A stretch of 64,000 nucleotides of DNA from Eledone cirrhosa. Taxonomy: Eukaryota. Below the pieces are notes generated by a model. That model was not told the DNA's origin and did not search any database. It was given only the letters and a program-made list of their open reading frames with translations. Every line of letters begins with the position of its first letter. Position 1 is the stretch's first letter. Shown one piece after another: positions 43,514-54,936 of this stretch. Location: assembly GCA_964016885.1 (NCBI GenBank), contig OZ024740.1:195424001-195488000 (forward strand). Direction: 5' to 3'. A program made the position numbers and the translations under genes.

Positions 43514-46500
43514 TTTCCCACCGTTATGGATGGATGAGCTGGGAATACACGAGCAACTCTGAATCAATAGATGAAATATGAATCTGCGAGCTACCAAGCA
43601 CCCACGTGAAGCGCCAACCCAGAGACCCTCCCCTACGAGTGTCGACAAATGCCCAAAACTCCGAGTTGGTACCATCAATGTAGGCTCAATGAAAGGAAGA
43701 GCAGGAGAAATCGTAGAAATGCTAGAGCGAAAGGAAGTTGATGTATGCTGTGTGCAAGAGACTAGATGGAGAGGAGGGTCTGCTAGAGTCCTTGTAGGAA
43801 AAGGCCAGTGCTACAAATTTTTCTGGGTGGGAAATGACGATGGGATGGGTGGTGTAGGTATACTATTAGCTGACAAGTGGGTAGATAAAGTAATCTCAGT
43901 GTACAGGGTAAATGCAAGAATCATTAAACTCAGACTAGTCCTGAATAAGACAATTACCACAATAATATCAGCTTACGCACCCCAATCGGGGCTGCCAGAC
44001 GAACTTAAGGATAGGTTTTACGAGTCCCTAATACACACTACTGCTCTAACAGACGACAAGGACTTCCTAATCATTGCAGGAGATTTTAACGGACACGTAG
44101 GTAAACACTGCGACGGCTTCAATAGAGTACATGGAGGCCATGGAGTTGGCACAAGGAATGAGGAAGGATTCAGACTTCTAGAATTCTGCGACGCCAATGA
44201 CATGTCGATATGTAACACAAACTTTAAAAAACCCGACAACCACCTGATCACCTATAGATCAGGGGAGCACTCTAGTCAGTTAGATTTTATCCTCATCAGA
44301 GGACGTGACAGATGGACGGTCGTAAACACAAAAGCCTTCCCTAGTGAGGAATGTACATCCCAACATAGCTTAGTTGTCAGCGACCTCACGGTCAGAACTA
44401 GACGAGCCCTGAAACAGAGGCCAACCTGGAGAAGAAAGATCTGGAAGCTGAAAGTCCCCTCAACCAGTAACAGATTTAAAGATATTTTACTCAACGCCTA
44501 CGACAGTAAAGAAGAACAGATAGAGACATTTAACGTAGAAGAGAACTGGGAGTTCCTAAAAAATAACTTACTAGAGGCGACGGATGAGGTTTGTGGCTGG
44601 AGTAAGACCTCAAGCAGGAGGAGAGTGACTTGGTGGTGGAACAATAAGGTAGATGAAGCAGTCAAGGCCAAGAGACAGGCATGGAAAGAATGGAAGAACG
44701 GGGGGAGCAGGGTACATTACATAGAGACCAAGAGGGAAGCTAGGCGACAAGTATACTTAGCTAGGAGGGAAGCAGAGGATAGAAAATTCAAGCATGTTTT
44801 ACAACGTGAGGACCAGAAACAGGAGGTATTCAAGATTGCGAGGCAGTGTGTCAGAGATAGTTGTGATGTCATTGGAGAGAAGTGTATCCGGAATGATAAA
44901 GGTGAGCTTGCCCTCACAAGTGCTGAGAAGAAAGATGCATGGAAGAGTCATTATGATAGATTACTAAATGAGGAGAATGCATGGGAAGAAGAGACCCTAC
45001 CCCACGTAGACCCTATAGAGGGACCAGCAGTACAAGTCAGCGGCAGCGTAGTAAGTAAGGCAATCAGAGATATGAAGATAGGGAAGGCAACCGGTCCATC
45101 GGGTATAGCTGCCGAGATGCTGAAGGCATCTGGGTCTGTAGGTCACACTATAACCACACGTATCGTTAACCAGGTAATACTAGAGGGGGCCATACCAAAA
45201 GATTGGTGCAGTAGCATCATTGTCAACTGCTACAAAGGTAAAGGCGATGCACTAGATAGAGGAAACTATAGAGGTATAAAGTTGATGGACCAGGTCATGA
45301 AAGTAACAGAAAGAGTTATAGCACAGCTGATTAGGGACCGGGTGAATATAGACGAGATGCAATTTGGGTTTGTTCCAGGGAAAGGCACCACTGATGCGCT
45401 CTTCCTTGTGAGGCAATTACAGGAAAAGTACCTAGCTAAAAGTAAGCCACTCTACTTGGCATTTGTCGACCTTGAGAAAGCCTTTGACAGAGTTCCACGT
45501 GCAGTAATCTGGTGGGCTCTTAGAAAACTAGGAGTAGATGAATGGCTTGTGAAAGCGGTACAAGCCATGTATAGGGGAGCAGTCAGCAAAGTTAGGATTG
45601 GCAATGAGTATAGCGAGGAATTTAGCGTACAGGTTGGGGTCCACCAGGGCTCTGTTCTTAGCCCTCTCCTGTTCATCATAGTCCTGCAGGCAATAACGGA
45701 GGAGTTTAAGACCGGATGCCCATGGGAACTCCTGTATGCTGATGACCTCGCACTCATAGCTGAATCTATGGTAGAACTAGAGAATAAATTCCAAACCTGG
45801 AAGCAGGGACTAGAGAGAAAGGGCCTCAAAGTCAACATGACAAAGACTAAGGTCCTTATAAGTAGACGAGAAAACAGAACCCAGATCCCCTCAGGGAAAT
45901 GGCCTTGCTCAGTATGTAGGAAAGGTGTAGGTAGGAACTCCATTCTCTGCCCCAAATGCAAACAATGGGTACACAAGAGATGTAGCGGGATCTCAGGAAG
46001 CTTAATTAAGAATGTAGGATTCACATGCAGCAGCTGTGCTGAAACAGCAAGCAAACAGCCACAGGAAACAAGTACCACCAATCTCTGGGAGGGCCCTGTA
46101 GAAACAGTAGACAGCTTCTGCTACCTAGGTGACCGAATTAGCAACGGAGGTGGGTGCTCAGAAAGTACAATAACTAGGGTAAGAACGGGATGGAAGAAGT
46201 TTAGGGAACTACTACCACTGCTAGCTGCAAAAGGCTTCTCCCTCAGAATGAAAGGCAGACTGTATGATGCGTGTATCCGAACAGCGATGTTGCATGGTAG
46301 TGAGACCTGGGCGCTGAAGGTGGAAGACTTACGTAGATTAGAGAGAAACGAAGCCTGCATGCTCCGATGGATGTGTAACAGTAATATACGTGAACGACAA
46401 AGCATAAATGAATTGAGAGAGAGACTGAGCATAAGAGGAATCAAATGCTGCGTGCAGGAGAGGCGGTTACGCTGGTATGGACATGTGATGCGTATGAAGG

Positions 46501-47001
46501 ATGACAGCTGCATAAAAAGGTGCAGAGCACTAGAAGTTGATGGAAACCGCGGAGTGGGGAGACCCAAGATGACTTGGGATGAGGTGATAAAAGCCGACCT
46601 TACCCAACTACACCTCTCAAAGTCAATGACACACGACCGTGACTTCTGGCGTCACGCAGTAATACAGGGTACCCGACCTCCCATGGGTACATGCTGAAGC
46701 ATATAAACAATATGCCCCCCCCCCCCCACCGCAAGGTGGTCGTGGAGGTGCCACGGCAAAAAAGCACCCAGCCCACACTGTAAAGTGGACGTGTAGGCGC
46801 CACGAAAAAGCACCCAGCACTCACTGTAAATGAGGTTGGTGTTAGGAAGGGCATCCAGCTGTAGAAATCAAGCCAGATCAGTTCCTGTATGAGCAAGGCA
46901 TGGTCAGCCGACCAGACACTGCCCACAACAGGACAACCCGTCTAACCCATGCTAGCGTGGAAGAACGGACGTAAAACGGTGATGATGATGATGATGATGA
47001 T
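43514..47001 (+). mobile_element. Near full-length RTE-clade LINE
   Basis: Single long ORF, ~300-nt 3' UTR, (GAT)n tail, (TA)n on both sides. Confidence 0.96.
43578..46697 (+). CDS. RTE polyprotein: APE endonuclease, reverse transcriptase, PHD-type zinc finger, C-terminal domain (1039 aa, uninterrupted)
   Basis: APE motifs TINV, VQETRW, SAYAPQ, GDFNGH, LDFIL, SQH. RT motifs NYRGIKL, QFGF, DLEKAFD, QGSVLSP, YADD. C-x2-C...C-x2-C-x4-H-x2-C...C-x2-C. RRLRWYGHV and GRPK.TW. Confidence 0.97.
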   Translation: MNLRATKHPREAPTQRPSPTSVDKCPKLRVGTINVGSMKGRAGEIVEMLERKEVDVCCVQETRWRGGSARVLVGKGQCYKFFWVGNDDGMGGVGILLADKWVDKVISVYRVNARIIKLRLVLNKTITTIISAYAPQSGLPDELKDRFYESLIHTTALTDDKDFLIIAGDFNGHVGKHCDGFNRVHGGHGVGTRNEEGFRLLEFCDANDMSICNTNFKKPDNHLITYRSGEHSSQLDFILIRGRDRWTVVNTKAFPSEECTSQHSLVVSDLTVRTRRALKQRPTWRRKIWKLKVPSTSNRFKDILLNAYDSKEEQIETFNVEENWEFLKNNLLEATDEVCGWSKTSSRRRVTWWWNNKVDEAVKAKRQAWKEWKNGGSRVHYIETKREARRQVYLARREAEDRKFKHVLQREDQKQEVFKIARQCVRDSCDVIGEKCIRNDKGELALTSAEKKDAWKSHYDRLLNEENAWEEETLPHVDPIEGPAVQVSGSVVSKAIRDMKIGKATGPSGIAAEMLKASGSVGHTITTRIVNQVILEGAIPKDWCSSIIVNCYKGKGDALDRGNYRGIKLMDQVMKVTERVIAQLIRDRVNIDEMQFGFVPGKGTTDALFLVRQLQEKYLAKSKPLYLAFVDLEKAFDRVPRAVIWWALRKLGVDEWLVKAVQAMYRGAVSKVRIGNEYSEEFSVQVGVHQGSVLSPLLFIIVLQAITEEFKTGCPWELLYADDLALIAESMVELENKFQTWKQGLERKGLKVNMTKTKVLISRRENRTQIPSGKWPCSVCRKGVGRNSILCPKCKQWVHKRCSGISGSLIKNVGFTCSSCAETASKQPQETSTTNLWEGPVETVDSFCYLGDRISNGGGCSESTITRVRTGWKKFRELLPLLAAKGFSLRMKGRLYDACIRTAMLHGSETWALKVEDLRRLERNEACMLRWMCNSNIRERQSINELRERLSIRGIKCCVQERRLRWYGHVMRMKDDSCIKRCRALEVDGNRGVGRPKMTWDEVIKADLTQLHLSKSMTHDRDFWRHAVIQGTRPPMGTC

Positions 47002-47012
47002 ATATATATATA

Positions 47013-47057
<45 letters not shown>

Positions 47058-47292
47058 CTATACTTGTATCTATACTAATGTAGAGATATATGTACTTCTT
47101 TGTTTAATTTATAATACACTTCCTTATGGTAGCCGAATCGAACTACTTTCTCATAGCATGTAGCCTGCCATTGTCCACATTTACTACCCTCTTGTTGGTC
47201 ACTTGTCACGTGACAGTTATTTCATTTGAAATTTTCACTGACAGGAAACAGCTGGGAATTCTTGTCTTGAATTTTATTTCTGGACTGAGAAA

Positions 47293-47370
47293 GTCTCCTG
47301 ATGATTTGGGATTTCTCGCAATACTCTACTTGGAGTATCATTATTTTCCCAATGAAACTGCCGTAGGGAC
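47293..47370 (+). ncRNA. Type-I hammerhead ribozyme (orphan, GUA site)
   Basis: GTCTC-CTGATGA-T-TTGGGA...TCCCAA-T-GAAA-CTGCCG-TA-GGGAC. Stem I GTCTC/GGGAC, with an inner hairpin TACTC/GAGTA. Confidence 0.78.
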
Positions 47371-48707
47371 ATTAAAGTGAGTAAGTAAAGATTTTTTTCT
47401 CAACTTGTTTGCTTTTCCCATATTTGATTATATATATATGATGGCTGCAACTCGATTTTGAGTAATGCCATAGCTTGATACTTAAGCATGAGCATCACAG
47501 ACATGGCTTTTTAGTCCTGCCAGGAACTTGTCTATGGCCAGCAATACCATGCATCGCAAATAATGTCACACATCAACTGATGCCTGTGCTTTGAAGCCTT
47601 TTTAAGTGAGGAAAGGATTTGCATGAAGCTAATCCCACTCTATGAACATTGAGTGCATTTACCCAAAAAGAAGAACTGGTCTACATCATTGGATGCAAGC
47701 AAAGTCATAGGGTTTATATCAGAGTGACCTTCTCCTAGAGAGATGTCTTAATGAAGACTAGGAATCTCTAGCTCCACAAAAAAAAATATATATATATACA
47801 TATATGTATATATACATATGCATGAGTGTGTGCATGTGTGTGTGTGATCTATGTTTATGTATGTCAAACAAGAAAAACAAAGAATTTTAAGAAAAAATTG
47901 AAAGGAATAAATGCAATTATGCTAATTTACTTTTAAAATGTCTGCTCCAAAGAAGCTGATCTGAGGCTTCACAACAACTAAAACTGTTTCTTTATCTTTC
48001 TTACCAAAATTCTAATAATTTCCTCTCCCTCCATATTTTTTTGATTTCCTACCTATTGTCCAAGAAGAAAAATGCTTAAATTTCATGCCACAGCTCCCAA
48101 ATGGAGCACTTTTCAAACAAAATTTGCTTCAAAAAATGTTCGGTGTATGTGTCTATCTTCTTTAAATGATTATATTAGGATTTATGATAAACGTTTACAG
48201 GAAAATAACAATGACAACAACATTATTATTATTGTTGTTATTATTAATAATAATAATAAAAATAATAATAATAATACTTTCTTATAATAATAATAATGAT
48301 AATAATAATGGGCATCAGGAATACACTCGGCAAGAAATGGAAACAAAGCTAAAGGAAGAGGAAAAATGCAAACTATAGTAATAATGATGTTAATGATGAT
48401 GGTGGTGGTGGTAATGATGATGATAATATAATAACAATAGCTTACTCTATAAAGATTTTGCTATATCAGCAAAAGAAATAAGTTACAAAATACAGCAAAT
48501 TCTAATGTAACACATCATTTATTCATTACCAAAGTCTTCCATTCTATTGCAGTGATTCTGTTTTATCCTCAAGCAAAGTACAATGCCTCCCTCTCTCTTT
48601 CTATGTGCGTGTTTGAGTATATATATTAGTATAGTTAATACAAAGCTTTGTGAGATATGTAACAAAAATCTGCATTGTACCAGCTTTTTGAAACTTATCG
48701 GTCTTTC

Positions 48708-48745
<38 letters not shown>

Positions 48746-49109
48746 ATCTGACTATATATGTATCTATCTCTCTATCGCTCACTCTTTCTCTTTCCATAAA
48801 ATAGGCATTACTTTGACTAGATGGCTGATTTGTTAAAACGAGCATTTGTTTTTAATCAGCTACTGAGAAGATTTATGTAAATTTGACTCTACTTGGTTTC
48901 AGTCTATCAAACATTGTTAGATAGTAGTGTATCGACAAAAATGAGAAAAACATTCCAAGGAAATTTGATGCATAAGAAATATGTTCATCAACCTAGCAGC
49001 TCTCATTTGGTAAATGGTATCAACATATTTATCGTGGCTCTATTGGATCACATGTACAGGTAAATCAAAGATTTACCTATATCTTCTTCTTCTTTACCCA
49101 TTCCATCTC

Positions 49110-49390
49110 CAATTGATCCAGCTGGATCCCCAAGAAAGACCAGCCAAGCTCATAGATGTTATCCAACCATCATGCATGGAGTCTAGCCCTGGGTCTCCTG
49201 CTGGTTAGTTTTGCCCATGAAATCTATCCAGAAATTCTTTCCTGGGACATTTTATCCCCATGCCCATAGTCTCAGAACAGTGATCTCTCAATTTGGAGAA
49301 GTAGTGGCTCTACATGGAGCAACTCTCTGAGATTTGAGCTATGCACTCTATGGAGTAACATTACTCCAAAGACCCTTGAGAGGAACACCA
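49110..49390 (-). mobile_element. Decayed fragment of a second RTE family
   Basis: Reverse complement resembles 60950-61200 (GGGTCTTTGGA.TAA..TTACTC, GTGCATAGCTC, CTACTTCTCC..ATTGAGAGATCAC). Confidence 0.65.
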
Positions 49391-50545
49391 TTTTGGCCTA
49401 TATTGATTTTGATATTTTATCCTAATTATTAATTTGAGTATATTCATTTTTACTTATATAACAGAATATGGAGGTACCTATTCCTATAGAAACACTGTGT
49501 CTATCATGGGTTTTAGAATAAGTACACTGTATGCGTGTATGTTGTAAGAGACATCTTAAAAGGTTGGCATCAGAAAGGACATCCAGCTTTAAAACACTGC
49601 AACAGAAAGATCCACCCCCAACTCACACCAGTATGGTAAAGGAGGTGTAAAAGTGATGGTGATGATCATCATGATTATGAAGCTCTATGAATATTATTTA
49701 TATAGATGTATAAGCATACAACATATTCAATAGTTGTAGCTGTGTTGTGTACACACTATGAGAAAAACCCACAGTGATATGGTGTTTTTCCTTCTATAAT
49801 GAGCAACCTTTTTCCAACAGCATGTGTGCATGTGCATGTGTGTGTGTGTGCATATGTGTGTGTGTGTGCATGTGTAACAAATTAGCAAAATCATTAAAGT
49901 GTAAGACAAAATGCCTTCATCTCTTTGCACTCCAAGTTCAAATTCCACAAAAGTCAACTTTACTTTTCATCATTTGGGGTTGATAATATAAAATACAGGA
50001 TGGCTGATAGCTGGAATTGTGAGAGCATTGGATGTATTTGTTCTGGCTTTTTCTGTTCGGAATTCTAAAGTGGTAGGCATAATCCATGGCCTAATTTAAT
50101 ACCACCACTTAGTCTTTGGGGATTTTTAGCGGAGTTTATTCTTTGCAAGCATTCAGGCTAAGTCTCCTGTTTAAAGATAACTGCCTCCCTTCCTCCCAAA
50201 CTAAGGCTCAGAGAAAAAAATATAGGGCCATGTGCATTGTCCTTCTTCTCCTAATTAAACAGTTAAGAAAAAAGAATACAGGCACAAAACTACCACCAGC
50301 CCTTCACTCATTAAAAACACTGTATTTTGATTCTTATTTTGTGAAGGCATGTGGCGTAGTGGTCAGGATAAACATGAGCCTAAAGAGCCTCCAGGCTTGA
50401 GACAGACTTAGTTATTATTTTGGGTGAATTATTTTTACTTGCATGATAAAATCATCATCATTTCACATCAGCTTTTCCATGTTTCTATGAGTTGAAAAAG
50501 TATTCTCCAACACAGCATCCTTTCACAGCATCCATCATCATCATC

Positions 50546-50800
50546 AATAGAAAAAACGAGGAAGTTTTGTTTACATATGAAAAATATTTATTGCGTATCG
50601 ACCTTTTACACGCATTTTGCAGAGGATTGGCTCAAGGTGACCCATAGGAGTTATGGACCCGACTCCAGTGTCAATCTGCTTCTATAGGTCCATAACTCCT
50701 ATGGGTCACCTTGAGCCAATCCTCTGCGAATCGTAGGTAAGAGGTCGATACGCAATAAATATTTTTCATACGTCAACGAAACTTCCTCATTTTTTCTATT
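50546..50800. repeat. 255-bp palindromic MITE-like element
   Basis: Arms 50546-50659 and 50687-50800 are reverse complementary around a 27-nt loop. Confidence 0.85.
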
Positions 50801-50915
50801 ATATACTCTCTGCCTGTGCAGAGAGTACTTGATTTGGTACCAACACCAGTACTTCACTGTACTACCCACACTATATATATATATATATATAAGTGGTTAC
50901 ACAACAGTTAGTTCA

Positions 50916-50962
50916 CCATACCGAGAACAATTGTTTCACCTTAGATCCTCAGCTCGTAATGG
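50916..50962 (-). ncRNA. Hammerhead ribozyme, inverted copy with 3-nt deletion in stem II
   Basis: Reverse complement of 52414-52463, with stem II reduced to TCTAAGGT. Confidence 0.65.
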
Positions 50963-51264
50963 ACATGGTTATACAAAACAGGAAGGACAACCGTCTGAAC
51001 GCGCATGCGAAGAAATGATCGCTTCACAGGCAATACTAAAATGTGTGCGAGAGGTGTAAGGGAGATAACTGCGAAAGTCCAAAAAGTTTCCAGTTGATAA
51101 GAAAATTAGGATGTTGTTGTTATTCAATCCGGAGCTTTGTTGTTATGTAAGAGGTGTTTCGAGACGTGTGGACAACGTGTGAAGAATTCATTTCTCGTGT
51201 TTAGGCAATCGCTATTGCATAATTTCTTTCGAATATTTATTCGTTCATCAATACATAGTTCACA

Positions 51265-52252
51265 GGACTTAGGATAACAGTAGCTACCAACCTCCCTAGC
51301 ATAGATTTCTTAGACATTAATTTAGACCTTCGCACACACATCTACAGACCCTTCCATAAGCTAAACGAAAAACTCAATTACATTCACAAGGACTCATACC
51401 ACCCTCCCACTGTTTTTAGAAACTTTGTAAAGAATATCAGTACTAGAATCTCAAACCTCTCTTCTAATAAGGCTATCTTTGACAGGGCAGCACCCTACTA
51501 TAACACGCCATTAGCTAACAGCGGCTTCTCGCAACCTATCACTTACTCTCCCACTATCAACAACAGCAATAAGAAAAGAAAGCGTTACAATAGACAAACT
51601 ATCTGGTTCTCTCCTCCCTTCTCACTCATCATTAAAACCAATGTAGGCAAAAGATTTCTAGCCCTCTTAGATAGACACTTTCCCATAGGTCATAAATACT
51701 GCTCCATCTTTAACCGACACAAAGTAAAGATAGGATACTCCTGCGCTAAGAACATGAAGGCCCACATCACCAACAGCCCTAAGAGCAACACCCCACGAGG
51801 GTGCTCTTGCCGTAAGCCCGAAGATTGTCCCCTTCAACAGCAATGCAACACACCCGCTGTAGTTTATGAAGTTGTGGTCACTTCCAACCGACCAAATCAA
51901 CCACAGGAGGTCAAATCCTATGTGGGTATGGCGGAGGGCCGATTTAAGGAACACTTCCTGAACCACCAGTCAGTCAAACTTTAGATACCCGGACAGACGT
52001 TCAACCATGAAACTCGCGAGCCACGTTTGGTCCCTCAAGGACTTAAGTATAGACTACTCCATTCAATGGAAAGCCATCACTAAGTCCAAGCTATACGCAA
52101 GGGGAAATCCGTGTGGACTATGTATTGATGAACAAATAAATATTCGAAAGAGATTATGCAATAGCGATTGCCTAAATATGAGAAATGAATTCTTCACATG
52201 TTGTCCACACGTCTCGAAACACCTCTTACGTAACTACAAAGCTCCGGATTGA
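51265..52252 (+). pseudogene. Penelope-like RT C-terminus and GIY-YIG remnant
   Basis: GLRIT...NL..IDFLDINLDL...YRPF, DS.HPP, RISNLSS, IWFSPPFS..KTNVG..FL, GCSCRKPEDCPLQQQC, VVY...YVG, CGLC..E, LN.RNE..CPH. Stop and frameshift near 51984. Confidence 0.88.
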
Positions 52253-52413
52253 ATAACAACAACATCCTAATTTTATTATCAACTGGAAACTTTTCGGACT
52301 TTTGCAGTTATCTCCCTTACACCTCTCGCACGCATTTTAGTATTGCCTGTGAAGTGATCGTTTCTGCGCATGCGCGTTCGTACGGTTGTCCTTCCTGTTT
52401 CATATAACCATGT

Positions 52414-52463
52414 CCATTACGAGCTGAGGATCCGCTAAGGTGAAACAATTGTTCTCGGTATGG
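52414..52463 (+). ncRNA. Minimal type-I hammerhead ribozyme in the pseudo-LTR
   Basis: CCATTACGAG-CTGAGGA-T-CC gctaa GG-T-GAAA-CAATTG-TT-CTCGGTATGG. Palindromic stem III ACAATTGT, GUU site. Confidence 0.82.
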
Positions 52464-52552
52464 TGAACTAACTGTTGTGTAACCACTTCTACCTAACTCG
52501 TGTCATGGACTGAGTGCTCTACCACTACGGATATTACCTTCCAGTGTTCTAC

Positions 52553-52622
<70 letters not shown>

Positions 52623-53329
52623 TAAATATAACAACGCAACCAGGAGCTGGACATATCAGAGTATTGACGGAGTAAAACACACTTCAACAACATGTGTACC
52701 TGTCTCTACCACACCAATTTGGACTCTCTGGAGAGGTCACAGACAATGATGGCTGTCACCGAAATATAAATAGCAGTATATCTATAACTTATAATAAACA
52801 AAGCCAAATTTTACATATTTGATTTAATTATTTTACATTACTCCGGAGTAAACATACCAACCTGCGTACTTCGTCGAGTGCGCCAATCTGCATACTGAGC
52901 TGTCGGTAAACAACCAACATACACTCAAAATTTATATATAAATATATATATGTGTGTGTATTATATATGCATGTGAGTATGAGTGTGAAAAGTCAACAAG
53001 GACAAAACCAACATCAGAGGACAATGCATCATCATCATCATCGTTTAACGTATATCTTCCACGCTAGCATGGGTTTAGATGGGGCAATGATTATATATAT
53101 ATTATACAGTGCAATGATTATATATATATTAGTTTAACACTTGATATAGTTGGAAAAAAATCTTAACATTAATTCTTAAACATTAATTAACATTTCGGCT
53201 ATTAGCTCTTCATCAGAAGCTAGAAAGAGAGATAGAAGAAATAGATAGATGAGAGGAAGAAGAGAAAGAAATGGAAAAAATATATATTTTTACCATGTCT
53301 GTTTAGTTATTTACATAATACTAAATAAT

Positions 53330-53835
53330 TAAATAATGATTTCTAGTATAGGCACAAGGCCAGTAATTTGGGGGAGGGGAAAGTCGATAAATCGACCCCA
53401 GTACGTTACTGGTACTTTATTTTATCAACCCCATAAGGATGAAAGGCAAAGTTAACCTCGGCGGGATTTGAACTCAGACCGTAAAGGGCCGTAACTCTAA
53501 GCTGCAAAGCATTGTATCCGACGCTCTACCGATACTACCAATCCACCACTAAATAATTGTTTCTACATTTGGCACAAGGCCAACAATTACCCAGCGCATT
53601 ACTGGTACTTTATTTAATCGACCCCGTACGGATGACAGGCAAAATAATTAAATAATTGTTTCTACTTTAGGCACAAGGCCAGCAATTACCCAGTACATTA
53701 CTGGTACTTTATTTTATCGACCCCGTAAGGATGAAAGGCAAAGTTAACCTCGGCGGGATTTGAACTCAGACTGTAAAGGGACGTAACTATGCTAGAAAGC
53801 ATGGCGTCCAACCCTCTACCAATACTGCCAATTCA
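53330..53835 (-). mobile_element. Three adjacent copies (one partial) of the 38425-type SINE
   Basis: Repeated GGATGAAAGGCAAAGTTAACCTCGGCGGGATTTGAACTCAG and CTGGTACTTTATTTTATCGACCCC blocks. Confidence 0.8.
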
Positions 53836-54137
53836 CAATGCGTGCCATTTAACATTGGTGTCCTACCATTTTTGCCATTCTACCACCTTTCTCTCAAAAA
53901 AACAATTTAAAATAATAAGGAAACGATTTTAAAAAATAAGGAAAAAAGAAAAAAAACATTACACACATGTTACTCATTTTTATCTGGAAGTAGCTGTGTG
54001 ATAACCTAGATGAATGATTAATAATTCATGTGGCTTAGTTATCACACAAGTTATGTTATCACACAAGCTCTGTTATCGCATAGTGTTTTTTCTCGATAAA
54101 AATTATTACAACAAACACACCTGATGAGTTTTGTTTA

Positions 54138-54482
54138 AGGCATATGGCTTAGTGGTTAGAGCATTGGCCTTGCAAGCGAAAGGTTGTGAGTTCAATTCTC
54201 AGACCGGGTGATGTGTTGTTTCCTTGAGCAAGACACTTTATTTCACATTGCTCCAGTTTACTCAGCTGTAGAAATGAGATGATAGGGACTAGGGTCCATA
54301 TCATTCCACTGCAAAGTGGTCGTGGAGGTGCCACGGCAAAAAAGCACCCAGCACTCACTGTAAATGAGGTTGGTGTTAGGAAGGGCATCCAGCTGTAGAA
54401 ATCAAGCCAGTATCAGTTCCCGTCCCACCCTTGCAAGCAGGGAAAAGCGGACGTAAAATGATGATGATGATGATGATGATGA
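54138..54482 (+). mobile_element. Full-length tRNA-derived CORE-type SINE with RTE-derived 3' end
   Basis: Near-identical to the 42734-43427 copies. (GAT)n tail. Confidence 0.9.
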
Positions 54483-54720
54483 AAACAAAACAATTCAAAT
54501 TTGTTTGTTATATTAATGACTATAGGGAATGCCAAGTGCAACGTATGTTGCACTTGGCAAACAAACAAAGATAACATTGGAGTTTCAATTCCTGTTTAAA
54601 TCCAGGCAAGCAGGCAGACAGATATATAAATAGGCCCTATGGTGAAGTTTAAACAATTTTGAAATGGCATAAGCTTGATCAGAGGGGTTATATGTCTGAT
54701 AATATATACACTCCACTTCC

Positions 54721-54936
54721 TTAACCCTTTAGCATTTAAACCGGCCATATCCAGCCAGTATTCTCTCACCTCTTTCTGTTCAAACCAGCCATAACTGGCT
54801 GCTTATACGGATATTAAGGTATTGTTCTCAAAATGAATAATATCAAAATCTCATAGATTCGATATTATGTGAGATAAAGTATTTACCATGAAAATACAAT
54901 AGTAAATATAGAGTAATGTAAATGCTAAAGGGTTAA
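54721..54936. mobile_element. piggyBac-like TTAA MITE
   Basis: TTAA, 14-bp TIR CCCTTTAGCATTTA, its inverse, then TTAA. Confidence 0.85.

Larger units (their letters stand above)
50891..52488 (+). mobile_element. Second Naiad-type Penelope-like element, 5'-truncated, with inverted pseudo-LTR
   Basis: 50891-51264 is the reverse complement of ~52111-52488. Coding body lies between, with a hammerhead in each arm. Bounded by (TA)n. Confidence 0.9.

Noticed and set aside
43514-43580. HDV-like ribozyme at the RTE 5' end
   Set aside because: Only a TTCCCA/TGGGAA hairpin is visible. The nested double pseudoknot could not be built, and the 5' UTR may be truncated.
54115-54510. Hammerhead split by the SINE (CTGATGAGTTTT...AAAACAAAACAA)
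   Set aside because: Requires a mutated GAAA box and has a poor stem I. Chance in AT-rich DNA cannot be excluded.
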